64,000 bases of DNA from Betaproteobacteria bacterium (GCA_947476215.1 CANJQI010000002.1:10119-74118); one strand, 5' to 3'. Shown: positions 28,166-38,580, counted from the stretch's first letter. Numbers and translations are program-made. The notes: generated by a model not told the origin, from the letters alone.

Positions 28166-29071
28166 TTACTTGATCAGGCCGGCGCTGCGTCCCGCCGCTT
28201 CAAGTTCGCGATAGTTCTCCGGCTTGGTGGCAATGTATTTGGTGGCGCGGTTCAGCGTCAGGATTTCCTTGCCTTCCGCGTTATTCATCGACAAATCAAG
28301 CAGGGTCTTGGTGATGCGCTCGCGCAGCGCCACCGGCATGTCGGCATGCACCGACCAGTTGTAGTTGAAATACGGCGGTGTGGTGAAAAACACATCCACT
28401 TTGCTGGTGTCGACTTTCTTGTCTTCGACGAACCTGCGCCACACGGTGATGTCGAGCGCGGCGGCATCGACCCGCCCGCCCACCACGGAAGCGATGGTGG
28501 CATCATGTGCGCCGGAGTAAGCGACGCGCTTGAAATCCTTGTCGGGATCGATTTTCGCCTGCAACAGAAAGCTGCGCGGCATCAGGTGGCCGGATGTGCT
28601 TGATTGCGAGCCGAAACTGACCTGCTTGCCTTTGAGGTCGGCCAATGCCTTGATGCCGGAATCGGTTTGAGTGATGAACACCGAGCGGAATTGCGTGTCT
28701 TCTTCGCGTTGCGCGATGGGTACGATCTTGCCGCCGGAGCGCAGTTGCGCCTGCACATGCGTGAAGCCGCCGAACCAGACAAGATCCACCTGCTTATTGA
28801 CCAGGGCCTCGACGGCCGCGGGGTAGTCATTGACCGGTGTGAACTCGACTTTCATGCCGAGCGTGCGTTCGAGGTACTTGGTGATCGGGCCGAACTTGCG
28901 TATCTGCTCGGTGGCGGCTTCCTCGGGAATAGTCGTCACCTTGAGGACTTGTTGCTGGGCCAGAGCCGGCGCGGCGGCGAGGGCGGCGAAACTTGTGACT
29001 GCGGCGGCAGAGCGAATCAGGGAGATAAAGCGGGAATGCAGGGAATGCCAATGCGGCGCGATGCGTAACAT
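28166..29071 (-). CDS. phnD: phosphate/phosphite/phosphonate ABC transporter substrate-binding protein
   Basis: 301 aa with a signal peptide and a PhnD-family core (VEFTPVNDYPAAVEALVNKQVDLVWFGG). Confidence 0.8.
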   Translation of the reverse strand: MLRIAPHWHSLHSRFISLIRSAAAVTSFAALAAAPALAQQQVLKVTTIPEEAATEQIRKFGPITKYLERTLGMKVEFTPVNDYPAAVEALVNKQVDLVWFGGFTHVQAQLRSGGKIVPIAQREEDTQFRSVFITQTDSGIKALADLKGKQVSFGSQSSTSGHLMPRSFLLQAKIDPDKDFKRVAYSGAHDATIASVVGGRVDAAALDITVWRRFVEDKKVDTSKVDVFFTTPPYFNYNWSVHADMPVALRERITKTLLDLSMNNAEGKEILTLNRATKYIATKPENYRELEAAGRSAGLIK

Positions 29072-29394
29072 AATGTGTCCTTTCTATCTGGTGGATGTAA
29101 ATTTTGGACGCGCGGCAACCGTTTGACTGACACCGATGTGCGCGAATACCTCGCGGACGTCGCGACGTGTGCGGGACGGTCTTAAGTCAATTATGGTTAT
29201 TCCTTCTGGTGCTGGACAACCGACGGTCCGATGGTAATGGAAAACAGACGCCTAGTTGGTGCGCGAGCGCTTAATGGCAGCGTTGCACCGTGCGAGGTTA
29301 CCGCAGCACGGAGTGAATCGCAACTCTCTGCGTACGGTGTCAGGCGTATACTGGCTTGGATCACGAATAACCTACGGCGGGGACAGGCAAACAG

Positions 29395-30366
29395 ATGAGA
29401 AATCTTCAGTCTTGTATCGCGGCATGGTCACTTTTCGCCATACCCTTTTCCGTGCTCGCCCAACTCGCGGTGGAATATCCTGCAAAGCCCGTACGCGTCA
29501 TCGTTGCCGCAGGTCCGGGCGGAGGCGCCGATCTGCAATCGCGCATGTACGCGCAAAAGCTCGGCGAAAGCATGAAGCGTACGTTCGTGATCGAAAACCG
29601 CCCCGGTGGCGGCGGCACGATCGGTCAGGCTGCCGCTGCGCAGGCCGCGCCAGACGGCTACACGTTGCTGACCATAGCTCCCGCCTTCACCTATGCATCC
29701 GCGTTGTACCCATCGCTGCCGTTTGACCCGGCAAAGAGCTTTGCACCAATATCGCTGGCACATAAATCCGCGTCCATGTTGCTGGTACACCATGCATTGC
29801 CGGTAAAGTCCGTCAAGGAACTGATCACGCTGGCCAGATCCAAACCCGGTGTTCTTGACATGGCCGTGACGTATGGCACGACCAATCACCTGTTTGCAGC
29901 CTATTTCATGTCCATGGCGAACATCAAGGTCACCTTTATTCCCTATAAGGGCGGCCAGCAGGATGCGATGGACATCATCGCGGGACAAGTGCAGATGGTC
30001 ATGGGCAGTGTGTTTTCGTATTTGCCGCTGGTACGATCCGGCAAACTGCGCGCGCTCGGCGTGACAACTTCGGAACGGACTTCCATATTGCCCGAGGTGC
30101 CGACACTGTCGGAGGCTGGGGTACGCGGCTATGAAGCGAGCAGCTGGCATGGATGGGTGGCGCCGGCGGGCACGCCCGCCGCCATCCTTGGCAAGCTCGC
30201 CGAAGAACTTGCCAAGGCTGTCAAATCCCCGGACATCGTGAAGAAACTCGCTGAAGACGGGGGCATCCCGGTCGGCAGCACGCCCGAGCAATTTCGAGAC
30301 TTTCTGGCTGTGGAAACGCCACGCTGGCAAAAAGTTGCAAGAGAGTCGGGATTCAAGGTGGAGTAA
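29395..30366 (+). CDS. Bug/TctC-family substrate-binding protein (orphan)
   Basis: 323 aa with a signal peptide, YPAKPVRVIV, PDGYTLL and the C-terminal Bug pattern. Confidence 0.85.
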   Translation: MRNLQSCIAAWSLFAIPFSVLAQLAVEYPAKPVRVIVAAGPGGGADLQSRMYAQKLGESMKRTFVIENRPGGGGTIGQAAAAQAAPDGYTLLTIAPAFTYASALYPSLPFDPAKSFAPISLAHKSASMLLVHHALPVKSVKELITLARSKPGVLDMAVTYGTTNHLFAAYFMSMANIKVTFIPYKGGQQDAMDIIAGQVQMVMGSVFSYLPLVRSGKLRALGVTTSERTSILPEVPTLSEAGVRGYEASSWHGWVAPAGTPAAILGKLAEELAKAVKSPDIVKKLAEDGGIPVGSTPEQFRDFLAVETPRWQKVARESGFKVE

Positions 30367-30376
30367 ACCATCCTGA

Positions 30377-31921
30377 TCAAGACTCCTCGGCCGCCCTTTT
30401 GACAAAATCGCGCGGCCTGAATCCGAGCAACCCCAGCACGCCGAAGTACGTCACCGCTCCCAGTAGCACTACGCCCGCAAGTTTCAGCACCCGCAACAGC
30501 GGCTTGGCATCCAACCAGATTGCACCGTCGCCCGCGACATACCACAGAACCGCGCCCATCGCGGCAACTGCCAACAGTATTTTGAGGATGAACACGCCCC
30601 ATCCGGGTTGCGGCGCATAGATACCGTGCTGGCGCAGCTTGGAATACAGCAACACTGCATTGAGACAGGCCCCCAACCCTATCGCCAACGCAAGTCCGGC
30701 GTGCTGGAACAATTGCATGAACACTATGTTCATGACCTGCGTGACGAGCAGCACGACCAACGCGATACGGACCGGCGTTCTAATATCCTGCCGTGCATAG
30801 AAGCCGGGTGCCAGCACTTTGACCATGATCAGGCCCAGCAGCCCGATGCTGTAGGCCAGCAGCGCGTTGCGCGTCATCATCACGTCATGGACTGAAAACT
30901 CCCCATAGTAGAAAAGCGTTGCCACCAGCGGCACCGCCAAAATTGCCAGCGCCACAGCCGCCGGCAACGATAGCATCAACGTCAGCCGCAATCCCCAATC
31001 AAGCAACTTCGAATATTCATCAGCAGAGCTGTCAGCGTAGTGCTTGGCCAGACTGGGCAGCAATATGGTGCCCAGCGCAACGCCAAGAATACCGGTCGGA
31101 AACTCCATCAGCCTGTCGGCGTAATAGAGCCACGACACGCTGCCGGTGACCAGGAAAGACGCGAATATGGTATTTATCAATAAACTGATCTGGCCGATCG
31201 AAACGCCGAACACTGCCGGCCCCATTTGCCTGACGACACGCCACACGCCTGCATCCTTGAAATCAAGCTTGAAGCGCGGCAGCATGCGGATGCGCAGCAG
31301 AAACGGTACCTGAAAAGCAAGCTGCAGCACGCCGCCAAAGAATACCGCCCATCCCAAGGCGATGACCGGTGGATCGAAATACGGCGCGACCCACAAGGCA
31401 AAACCGATAAACGACAAGTTGAGCAGCGCCGGCGTCAGCGCCGGCACCGAAAAACGGCTGTGGGTATTGAGTATGCCGCCTGCCAGGGAAACCAGGGATA
31501 TGAAAAAAATGTATGGAAAAGTTATCCTCAACAGGTCTGTCGTCAGCGCGAACTTGTCTGGGTTTGCGGCAAAACCCGGTGCGCTCACATAGACAATGAG
31601 CGGAGCCAGCGCCACGCCGGTCAACGTGATCACAAACAAGATCAATGCCAGCAGTCCCGCGACATGATCGACCAGCAACCGGGTATCGGTCTCGCCGCGC
31701 CGGTTTTTGTATTCAGCCAGTATGGGCACGAAGGCCTGTGAAAATGCCCCCTCGGCAAACAGGCGCCGCAACAGATTGGGTAACTTGAAGGCGACGAAAA
31801 ACGCGTCACTGGCTATCCCGGCCCCGAAAGCACGCGCAATCACGGTGTCCCTCAAGAATCCGAGTATGCGCGACAACAGCGTCATGCTGCTGACCGTGGC
31901 AAGCGCTTTTAACAAATTCAT
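30377..31921 (-). CDS. murJ: lipid II flippase MurJ (MviN)
   Basis: 514 aa starting [25 protein letters not shown], with 14-TM character. Divergent from rpsT, as in many proteobacteria. Confidence 0.95.
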   Translation of the reverse strand: MNLLKALATVSSMTLLSRILGFLRDTVIARAFGAGIASDAFFVAFKLPNLLRRLFAEGAFSQAFVPILAEYKNRRGETDTRLLVDHVAGLLALILFVITLTGVALAPLIVYVSAPGFAANPDKFALTTDLLRITFPYIFFISLVSLAGGILNTHSRFSVPALTPALLNLSFIGFALWVAPYFDPPVIALGWAVFFGGVLQLAFQVPFLLRIRMLPRFKLDFKDAGVWRVVRQMGPAVFGVSIGQISLLINTIFASFLVTGSVSWLYYADRLMEFPTGILGVALGTILLPSLAKHYADSSADEYSKLLDWGLRLTLMLSLPAAVALAILAVPLVATLFYYGEFSVHDVMMTRNALLAYSIGLLGLIMVKVLAPGFYARQDIRTPVRIALVVLLVTQVMNIVFMQLFQHAGLALAIGLGACLNAVLLYSKLRQHGIYAPQPGWGVFILKILLAVAAMGAVLWYVAGDGAIWLDAKPLLRVLKLAGVVLLGAVTYFGVLGLLGFRPRDFVKRAAEES

Positions 31922-32025
31922 GGATTTAGGTTTGCATCGAGCAAAACCGGTGATTTTTCTTGCTTATTGGGCGCAACGCTCGTACCATAGCGCCCTTTTT
32001 CATCATCGGTTTGTGGGATAACTTT

Positions 32026-32289
32026 ATGGCCAATACAGCATCCGCCCGAAAGGCGGCACGTCAGAGCGAAAAACGCCGTCAGCACAATGCCAGTCTGCGC
32101 ACCGAACTGCGCAGCGCCATCAAGCGCGTCAGAAAAGCGATTGATGCGGGCGACAAAGCGGCGGCACGCGGCGTTTTAAGCGCGTCAACCAAGGTATTGG
32201 ATTCGATTGCCGACAAGAAAATCATCCACAAGAACAAGGCGTCGCGCCACAAGAGCCGCCTGTCAGCCGCCATCAAGGCGATGGCCTAA
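32026..32289 (+). CDS. rpsT: 30S ribosomal protein S20
   Basis: The internal ATG at 32026 gives [21 protein letters not shown]..., 87 aa. The track ORF is extended to 31960. Confidence 0.95.
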   Translation: MANTASARKAARQSEKRRQHNASLRTELRSAIKRVRKAIDAGDKAAARGVLSASTKVLDSIADKKIIHKNKASRHKSRLSAAIKAMA

Positions 32290-32616
32290 CTCGTTCTGAA
32301 TCGGCGTCAATTCAGCTGCGACATCCTCGGGACGCGCCGTTTTGCGTCCCGGCCGCAGCGTAAGTTCATTGTCACGCGCAAAGCCCATCAGAAAGCTGTA
32401 GGCAGCTGGATCTATGCGCTCCAGTTCACGATCGGCAACCACGCAACGGACGTTCGCGGACATGACCGGCTTCAGGTACGGCGAGTAGCTGAGGTGGCGG
32501 TCCTCTCCGAAAATCGACATCATTCCACATAGCCGCTCAGCCCAATCGCTGGGCCGGAATGCACGTCCGCTATCGGTCTGACCGACAATTACGATTTCAA
32601 GCGCGTCATCGAACAT
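32263..32616 (-). CDS. DUF3579 protein
   Basis: 117 aa with [15 protein letters not shown]...[10 protein letters not shown], the pattern I associate with DUF3579. Its 3-prime end overlaps the rpsT 3-prime end by 27 nt (convergent). Confidence 0.65.
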   Translation of the reverse strand: MFDDALEIVIVGQTDSGRAFRPSDWAERLCGMMSIFGEDRHLSYSPYLKPVMSANVRCVVADRELERIDPAAYSFLMGFARDNELTLRPGRKTARPEDVAAELTPIQNELGHRLDGG

Positions 32617-32710
32617 AGTGCGGCTAGTTTACCAGTGACTGGCCCAATCAAAAATTTACTTGCGTCCAAGCCGGTGTTTGGATAAAGATAGCTACTTGAC
32701 ACGAAACGAC

Positions 32711-32740
32711 TACGGCGGCGGCGGCCGCCGTATTGTTTTT
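32711..32740 (+). terminator. terminator-like hairpin plus T-run in the argD leader
   Basis: 9-bp GC-rich stem TACGGCGGC / GCCGCCGTA (32711-32732) with loop GGCG, then TTGTTTTT. It ends 12 nt before the argD ATG at 32752. Confidence 0.45.
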
Positions 32741-32751
32741 GAAAGCTGAAT

Positions 32752-33957
32752 ATGTCGCACGTAATGCACACTTACAAACGGCTGCCGCTCACGCTGGAAC
32801 GCGGCGAGGGCTGCTGGGTATGGGACAAGCAGGGCAAACGCTACCTTGACGCCCTGTGCGGCATCGCGGTGTGCGGCCTCGGGCATGGTCATCCACGGCT
32901 CGTACAGGCGATTTCCGAGCAGGCCGCGAAGCTGATACACACCTCGAACCTTTATGAAATCGAGCGCCAGGAGCAATTAGGCGAACGGCTGGCGGCGATT
33001 TCGGGCATGGACGAGGTGTTTTTCTGCAACTCCGGCTGCGAAGCCAACGAAGCCGCAATCAAACTCGCGCGCCTGTACGGCCACGGCAAGGGCGTGGATA
33101 TGCCCGCCATCATAGTCATGGAAAAGGCATTTCACGGCCGCACCATCGCGACGCTTTCAGCGACCGGCAGTCGCAAGGTGCAGGCGGGATTCGAACCGCT
33201 GGTGCCGGGATTCGTGCGCGTGCCGTTTGATGATCTGGCGGCAGTCACCAAAGTTGCCGGAAACAATCACAACGTAGTCGCGGTTCTCGTTGAACTGATT
33301 CAAGGCGAAGGCGGAATTAACGTCTGTCACGCCGATTATCTGCACGGCTTGCGCAAGATATGCGACGCCAACGGCTGGCTGCTGATGCTCGACGAAGTGC
33401 AGAGCGGCACTGGACGCACCGGCAAATGGTTCGCCTTCCAGCATTCAGACATCAAACCCGACGTGATGACGCTTGCCAAAGGCCTCGCCTCTGGCGTTCC
33501 TATTGGAGCGTGCCTCGCATCAGGTGCTGCCGCCGGCGTTTTCAAGCCCGGCAATCACGGCTCGACCTTTGGCGGCAATCCACTCGCCTGCGCCGCGGCC
33601 CTGACCACGCTCGCAATTATCGAGGACGAAAACCTCATGGCCAATGCGACGGCGATGGGCGACCTTATCCGCAACGGCCTCCGCGCGGCCTTGCAGGGCA
33701 CGGCCGGCGTACGCGACATACGCGGCATGGGCCTGATGATAGGCATAGAACTTGACTACCCATGCGACGAACTGGTCAAACAAGCACTGGAACCCGGATT
33801 GCTGATCAATGTCACCGCCGACAACGTCGTGCGCCTGCTGCCACCGCTTAATATCGACCGCAATGTCGCGAAACAACTGATCTCGATGCTGAGTGCGCTG
33901 ATTGTGAACTTTCTGAATCGCAGTCGTCCCGCGCAAACTGCCGCAAAGCCGTCCTGA
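32752..33957 (+). CDS. argD: acetylornithine aminotransferase
   Basis: 401 aa, class-III aminotransferase (FFCNSGCEANEAAIKLAR, LDEVQSGTGRTGKWFA, TLAKGL with the PLP lysine). Confidence 0.9.
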   Translation: MSHVMHTYKRLPLTLERGEGCWVWDKQGKRYLDALCGIAVCGLGHGHPRLVQAISEQAAKLIHTSNLYEIERQEQLGERLAAISGMDEVFFCNSGCEANEAAIKLARLYGHGKGVDMPAIIVMEKAFHGRTIATLSATGSRKVQAGFEPLVPGFVRVPFDDLAAVTKVAGNNHNVVAVLVELIQGEGGINVCHADYLHGLRKICDANGWLLMLDEVQSGTGRTGKWFAFQHSDIKPDVMTLAKGLASGVPIGACLASGAAAGVFKPGNHGSTFGGNPLACAAALTTLAIIEDENLMANATAMGDLIRNGLRAALQGTAGVRDIRGMGLMIGIELDYPCDELVKQALEPGLLINVTADNVVRLLPPLNIDRNVAKQLISMLSALIVNFLNRSRPAQTAAKPS

Positions 33958-33978
33958 TACGCACGAAATTGTTAAGCC

Positions 33979-34899
33979 GTGGAACTCCGTCACTATCTGC
34001 AGTTCAGCGACTTTACTCCGAACGAGTACGAGTACCTGTTCGCACGCACGCGCTGGATCAAGGATAAATTCAAACGCTACGAACCTTACCAGCCGCTGGC
34101 AGACCGCACGCTCGCGATGGTCTTCGAGAAACACTCAACGCGTACGCGTGTTTCATTCGAGGCCGGCATGAACCAGCTGGGCGGATCGGTGATCACGCTA
34201 ATGACGCGCGACACGCAGATGGGGCGCGGAGAACCGATAGAAGATGTTGCACGCGTGATTTCGCGCATGGTGGACATCATCATGATCCGCACTTACGAAC
34301 AATCCATCATTGAACGGTTTTCCGCGCACTCGCGGGTACCGGTCATCAACGGTCTTACCAATGAATACCACCCATGCCAGATCATGGGCGACATCTTTAC
34401 GTATACCGAGCACCGCGGCTCGATCAAGGGCAAGACCGTGGCATGGATAGGCGATTCCAACAATGTCTGCAACACGTGGCTGCAGGCCGCGAAAATTTTC
34501 GGTTTCAGCGTGCATGTCTCCACCCCCCCCGGTTACGAGGTCGAATCCGGACGCAGCGATACCGGGGACACCGGTCATTTTGAGACGTTTGCCGATCCGC
34601 TCGACGCGGCGCGCGGCGCCGATCTGGTCACGACGGATGTCTGGACCAGCATGGGCATGGAAGCCGAGGACGCTGAACGCAAGCACGACTTTGAAGACTG
34701 GCAGGTTGATGCGGAGATGATGCGCGTTGCCAATGAGGATGCGCTGTTCATGCACTGCCTGCCCGCGCACCGCGGAGAAGAGGTGACGGCCGAAGTCATA
34801 GACGGCCCGCAAAGCGTGGTATGGGATGAAGCGGAAAACCGCCTGCACGTGCAAAAAGCGCTGATCGAATTCCTGTTGATAGGGCGTACCATCGTCTAG
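33979..34899 (+). CDS. argF: ornithine carbamoyltransferase
   Basis: 306 aa with a GTG start. Motifs STRTR, HPCQ, TDVWTSMG and HCLPAHRGEEV. Confidence 0.95.
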   Translation: MELRHYLQFSDFTPNEYEYLFARTRWIKDKFKRYEPYQPLADRTLAMVFEKHSTRTRVSFEAGMNQLGGSVITLMTRDTQMGRGEPIEDVARVISRMVDIIMIRTYEQSIIERFSAHSRVPVINGLTNEYHPCQIMGDIFTYTEHRGSIKGKTVAWIGDSNNVCNTWLQAAKIFGFSVHVSTPPGYEVESGRSDTGDTGHFETFADPLDAARGADLVTTDVWTSMGMEAEDAERKHDFEDWQVDAEMMRVANEDALFMHCLPAHRGEEVTAEVIDGPQSVVWDEAENRLHVQKALIEFLLIGRTIV

Positions 34900-34938
34900 C
34901 ACGAACAGCCGCTGACGTCGGTGTTTTCGCTCGCCCGG

Positions 34939-35379
34939 CTAATCGCTGACGAGTTTTTGGCATGCAATCATGCCTGCAAACATCGTCGCGACAAAAACGA
35001 TGACTTCCGAGTTGCCCACCGCCAGAGACGCCAATGCCGGGCCGGGGCAAAATCCTCCCACACCCCAGCCTACGCCGAACATGACAGCTCCCGCGACGAG
35101 TCGCAAGTCGATCTCCCGCCGGCCCGGAAATTCGAACCTGCCGCCTGTTATCGGCTGGGAACGGCGTAGCGCGAGGCGCATGCCGATGGAGAACACCGTT
35201 ACCGCCCCCGCCATGACCAACGCCAGCGCCGGGCTCCAGTGTTGAACATCCAGAAAAGCTATGATGTTTTGCGGCCGAGTCATGCCGGACACGGCCAATC
35301 CAAGGGAAAAAATCAAGCCGACTACGAATGCGATTACGATCTGATTGCGCATGATGTTAGGTCTGTAAAGTGACATCAA
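34939..35379 (-). CDS. small YeeE/YedE-related membrane protein (second half of a split sulfur-compound transporter)
   Basis: 146 aa, 4 TM, with GVGWGVGGFCPGPA, a conserved Cys-Pro-Gly loop. Confidence 0.7.
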   Translation of the reverse strand: MMSLYRPNIMRNQIVIAFVVGLIFSLGLAVSGMTRPQNIIAFLDVQHWSPALALVMAGAVTVFSIGMRLALRRSQPITGGRFEFPGRREIDLRLVAGAVMFGVGWGVGGFCPGPALASLAVGNSEVIVFVATMFAGMIACQKLVSD

Positions 35380-35383
35380 GTCG

Positions 35384-35797
35384 TCAGCCGCCCAAAACCC
35401 ACACAGTCAACATGCCGGATACGATGAAAAGGGCGGTGGCCAGCAACGATCGCGCGGACAACCGGCTGACACCGCAAACGCCGTGTCCGCTGGTGCAACC
35501 ATGGGACAATGCACTTCCGAATCCAACCATGAGGCCGGCGAACGCATACGCCCACAGCGGACGGTTAATTCCAATTTCAAAAGCCTCTGGCCGCAGCAAA
35601 TAAAATGCGTACCCGCCCGCGACCAGTCCCACGACAAACGCCAGGCGCCAAGCATAGTCCGACCTGCGGAAAATAATCAGGCCCCTGGCGATGCCGCTGA
35701 CCCCGGCGATGCGGCCGGTTCCCAGCAGCAGCAGGGTCGCCGCAAGGCCGATCAGAGCGCCGCCGGCCAGCGCTTGACTTACAGTTTGAGAGTCCAC
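35384..35797 (-). CDS. small YeeE/YedE-family membrane protein (first half)
   Basis: 137 aa, 4 TM, with SALSHGCTSGHGVCG, the YeeE/YedE cysteine loop. It lies 4 nt upstream of its partner. Confidence 0.75.
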   Translation of the reverse strand: MDSQTVSQALAGGALIGLAATLLLLGTGRIAGVSGIARGLIIFRRSDYAWRLAFVVGLVAGGYAFYLLRPEAFEIGINRPLWAYAFAGLMVGFGSALSHGCTSGHGVCGVSRLSARSLLATALFIVSGMLTVWVLGG

Positions 35798-35935
35798 ATG
35801 CGTCCTTTCCGCCCAACAAATATTATGTTGCTATCCACTACGTCTATGCATCGCGTCCGCGAACGCTGATTTCGCTGGCACTCACAACCCACGGCGCTTA
35901 AAATCTGTCTTTTTTGCCCGCGGAAACATAGCATC

Positions 35936-37153
35936 ATGCCAGAGATCAGAAAAGTAGTGCTCGCTTATTCGGGTGGGCTGGATACCTCGGTCATACTCAA
36001 GTGGCTGCAGGACACCTATCAGTGCGAAGTCGTCACGTTTACTGCGGACATCGGCCAGGGCGAGGAAGTCGCTCCAGCGCGCGCCAAGGCAAAAAAAATG
36101 GGCGTGCGGGAAATATTCATAGACGACCTGCGCGAGGAATTCGCGCGCGATTTCGTGTTCCCGATGTTCCGCGCCAATGCGATTTACGAGGGCGAATATC
36201 TGCTCGGCACGTCGATCGCGCGCCCGCTGATCGCCAAGCGCCAGATCGAGATCGCCCGCAAGACGCACGCTGATGCCGTGAGCCACGGCGCAACGGGCAA
36301 GGGCAATGACCAGGTGCGCTTTGAACTTGGTTACTACGCGCTCCAGCCTGGCATCCATGTGATCGCGCCGTGGCGCGAATGGAATCTGACGTCGCGCGAA
36401 ACGTTGCTCAAATACGCGGAGAAACACGGCATACCCGTCGAGATGAAAAAGAAAGGCGGTTCGCCATACAGCATGGACGCGAATTTGCTGCATATTTCGT
36501 TCGAAGGCCGCATGCTCGAAGATCCCGCGCGCGAGCCCGAGGAATCCATGTGGCGCTGGACGGTTTCTCCGGAAAAAGCACCGAACCGCGCCGAATACGT
36601 CGACATCGAATACCGGCAAGGCGACATCGTGGCGGTGAACGGCAGAAAGCTGACGCCCGCGAAGATCATGGAATTGCTCAACAAACTCGGCGGCAAGCAC
36701 GGCATAGGCCGGCTCGATCTCGTTGAAAACCGCTATGTCGGCATGAAATCGCGCGGCTGCTATGAAACGCCCGGCGGAACCATCATGCTCAAGGCCCATC
36801 GCGCCATCGAATCGATCACGCTCGACCGCGAAGTCGCACATCTGAAAGACGACCTGATGCCGCGCTATGCGTCGCTGATCTACAACGGTTACTGGTGGTC
36901 TCCGGAACGCAAAATGATGCAGGCCATGATCGATGCCTCGCAGGCTTCCGTCAACGGCTGGGTGCGTCTCAAGCTGTACAAAGGCAATGTAATCATCGTG
37001 GGGCGCGACTCGGACCGCGATTCGCTGTTCGATCCTGCAATCGCAACCTTTGAAGACGACCAGGGCGCCTACAACCAGAAAGACGCCGCGGGTTTCATCA
37101 AGCTCAATGCATTGCGCATGCGTATCGCCGCCAATTTAAAGAAAAAAAGATAA
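35936..37153 (+). CDS. argG: argininosuccinate synthase
   Basis: 405 aa with [27 protein letters not shown] and [17 protein letters not shown]. Confidence 0.95.
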   Translation: MPEIRKVVLAYSGGLDTSVILKWLQDTYQCEVVTFTADIGQGEEVAPARAKAKKMGVREIFIDDLREEFARDFVFPMFRANAIYEGEYLLGTSIARPLIAKRQIEIARKTHADAVSHGATGKGNDQVRFELGYYALQPGIHVIAPWREWNLTSRETLLKYAEKHGIPVEMKKKGGSPYSMDANLLHISFEGRMLEDPAREPEESMWRWTVSPEKAPNRAEYVDIEYRQGDIVAVNGRKLTPAKIMELLNKLGGKHGIGRLDLVENRYVGMKSRGCYETPGGTIMLKAHRAIESITLDREVAHLKDDLMPRYASLIYNGYWWSPERKMMQAMIDASQASVNGWVRLKLYKGNVIIVGRDSDRDSLFDPAIATFEDDQGAYNQKDAAGFIKLNALRMRIAANLKKKR

Positions 37154-37470
37154 TGTCCATGCCTAAATTCGATAACGTCAGTGTTACCAAGAAAGCCAAC
37201 GTATTCTTTGACGGGAAATGTGTCAGCCACACCGTGCATTTCGCGGATGGCAGCCGCAAATCCGTCGGCGTCATTTTTCCCGCCAAGCTCACGTTCAAGA
37301 CCGGCGAGCCGGAAGTGATGGAAATCATCGTGGGTAGCTGCCGCATCAAGCTGCCTGGAGAAGCGGAAAGCCGCATTGTCACCGCCGGCAGCAGCTTCAG
37401 CGTTCCTGGCAACAGCGCGTTCGACATCGAAGCGCTGGAAACGCTGGATTACGTCTGCCATTTCGGCTGA
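37153..37470 (+). CDS. ppnP: pyrimidine/purine nucleoside phosphorylase PpnP (DUF1255)
   Basis: 105 aa, alignable by eye to E. coli PpnP/YaiE (SVGVI...F.T..PE.M.I..G...LPG...FSVPGNSAF...YVC). The start overlaps the argG stop (TAATG). Confidence 0.8.
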   Translation: MSMPKFDNVSVTKKANVFFDGKCVSHTVHFADGSRKSVGVIFPAKLTFKTGEPEVMEIIVGSCRIKLPGEAESRIVTAGSSFSVPGNSAFDIEALETLDYVCHFG

Positions 37471-37486
37471 AATAAATATCACCACC

Positions 37487-38065
37487 ATGACCACCATCGC
37501 CGTCGTCCGGAAAAATGGCGTCGCCGCGATTGCCGCCGACACGCTCACCAAATGGGGCACCGGCAAGGAGTCCGCGAAATACATTGCAAACAATGACAAG
37601 ATTGTTCGTGCCGGCAACTCGTGGATCGCCGGGGCCGGTTCCGCGACATTCAAGCTCATCATGCGCGATTACTTTGCGCAGCGCGGCGCACTAAGGCGCT
37701 TCGATACCACGATCAACATATTCAAGACGTGGCAGGCGTTTCACGCTGTACTCAAGGAAAAATACTTCCTGCTTGCCACGACCGACAAGGACGACTCTCT
37801 CGAATCCAGCCGTTTCGACGTGCTTCTTGCCAACCCCCATGGGATATTCGGTGTAGGCGCGCATCGCACGGTGCAGGAGTATTCCAAGTTTTATGCCATT
37901 GGCAGCGGCACCGATCTTGCGCTGGGCGCAATGTACGCCATCTATAATGATCCCAAGCGCTCGGCGGAGGACGTCGCGCGATTTTCCGTGGAAGCGGCTG
38001 CGGAATTTGACGACTCCACCGGACTGCCCGTCGTTTCACACGCAGTCACATTGAAGAAGACCTGA
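37487..38065 (+). CDS. proteasome/HslV-like Ntn hydrolase, BPH-like (betaproteobacterial proteasome homologue)
   Basis: The internal ATG at 37487 gives [20 protein letters not shown]... This has Thr directly after Met and an Asp at mature position 17. Later comes [12 protein letters not shown], the HslV/beta-subunit GSG motif. No ATPase gene is adjacent. Confidence 0.6.
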   Translation: MTTIAVVRKNGVAAIAADTLTKWGTGKESAKYIANNDKIVRAGNSWIAGAGSATFKLIMRDYFAQRGALRRFDTTINIFKTWQAFHAVLKEKYFLLATTDKDDSLESSRFDVLLANPHGIFGVGAHRTVQEYSKFYAIGSGTDLALGAMYAIYNDPKRSAEDVARFSVEAAAEFDDSTGLPVVSHAVTLKKT

Positions 38066-38082
38066 TTACAGGGAACCCCACC

Positions 38083-38580
38083 ATGCCTACATTCGATATC
38101 GTTTCCGAGGTAAATCACGTTGAAGTCAGAAATGCCGTCGATCAGTGCAACAAAGAAGTTACCAACCGCTTCGATTTCAAGGGCTCGGACGCGCGCATTG
38201 AGATCCAGGAGCAGGGCCAGGAAAAGATACTGATGGTCTACGCCGACGACAATTTCAAACTCGGCCAGGTCAAGGAAGTTTTGACGGGCAAACTTGCGAA
38301 ACGCGCCGTGGACGTACGGGCGCTCACGCCTGGAAGCGTCGAAAAAGTCGGCGGCGACACGGTTAAACAGGCGCTTACGCTGCGCAATGGCGTCGATCAG
38401 GAACTGGGCAAAAAAATCGTCAGGCTGATCAAGGACAGCAAGATGAAAGTGCAGGCCACGATACAAGGCGACGTGGTGCGCGTATCGGGCGCGAAAAAAG
38501 ACTTGCTGCAGGAAGCCATCAAGCTGACGCAGAAATCCATCACCGACGTGCCACTGCAGTACAAGAATTTTCGGGATTAA
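38083..38580 (+). CDS. yajQ: YajQ-family nucleotide (c-di-GMP)-binding protein
   Basis: 165 aa with [10 protein letters not shown]...NRFDFKGS...[14 protein letters not shown]...QYKNFRD, near-collinear with E. coli YajQ. Confidence 0.9.
   Translation: MPTFDIVSEVNHVEVRNAVDQCNKEVTNRFDFKGSDARIEIQEQGQEKILMVYADDNFKLGQVKEVLTGKLAKRAVDVRALTPGSVEKVGGDTVKQALTLRNGVDQELGKKIVRLIKDSKMKVQATIQGDVVRVSGAKKDLLQEAIKLTQKSITDVPLQYKNFRD

Noticed and set aside
35882-36841. Long antisense ORFs opposite well-supported genes. Examples: 35882-36841 vs argG, 43676-45028 vs dxs, 41167-42063 vs ribBA, 50121-51008 vs the PNDR fusion, 9992-11095 vs pilY1, 37942-38880, 23988-24569, 33520-34134, 34198-34902.
   Set aside because: These are typical shadow ORFs of GC-rich DNA. 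Their composition is Arg/Ala/Gly/His-rich and low-complexity with no recognisable motifs, and each is fully embedded opposite a gene with strong family signatures.
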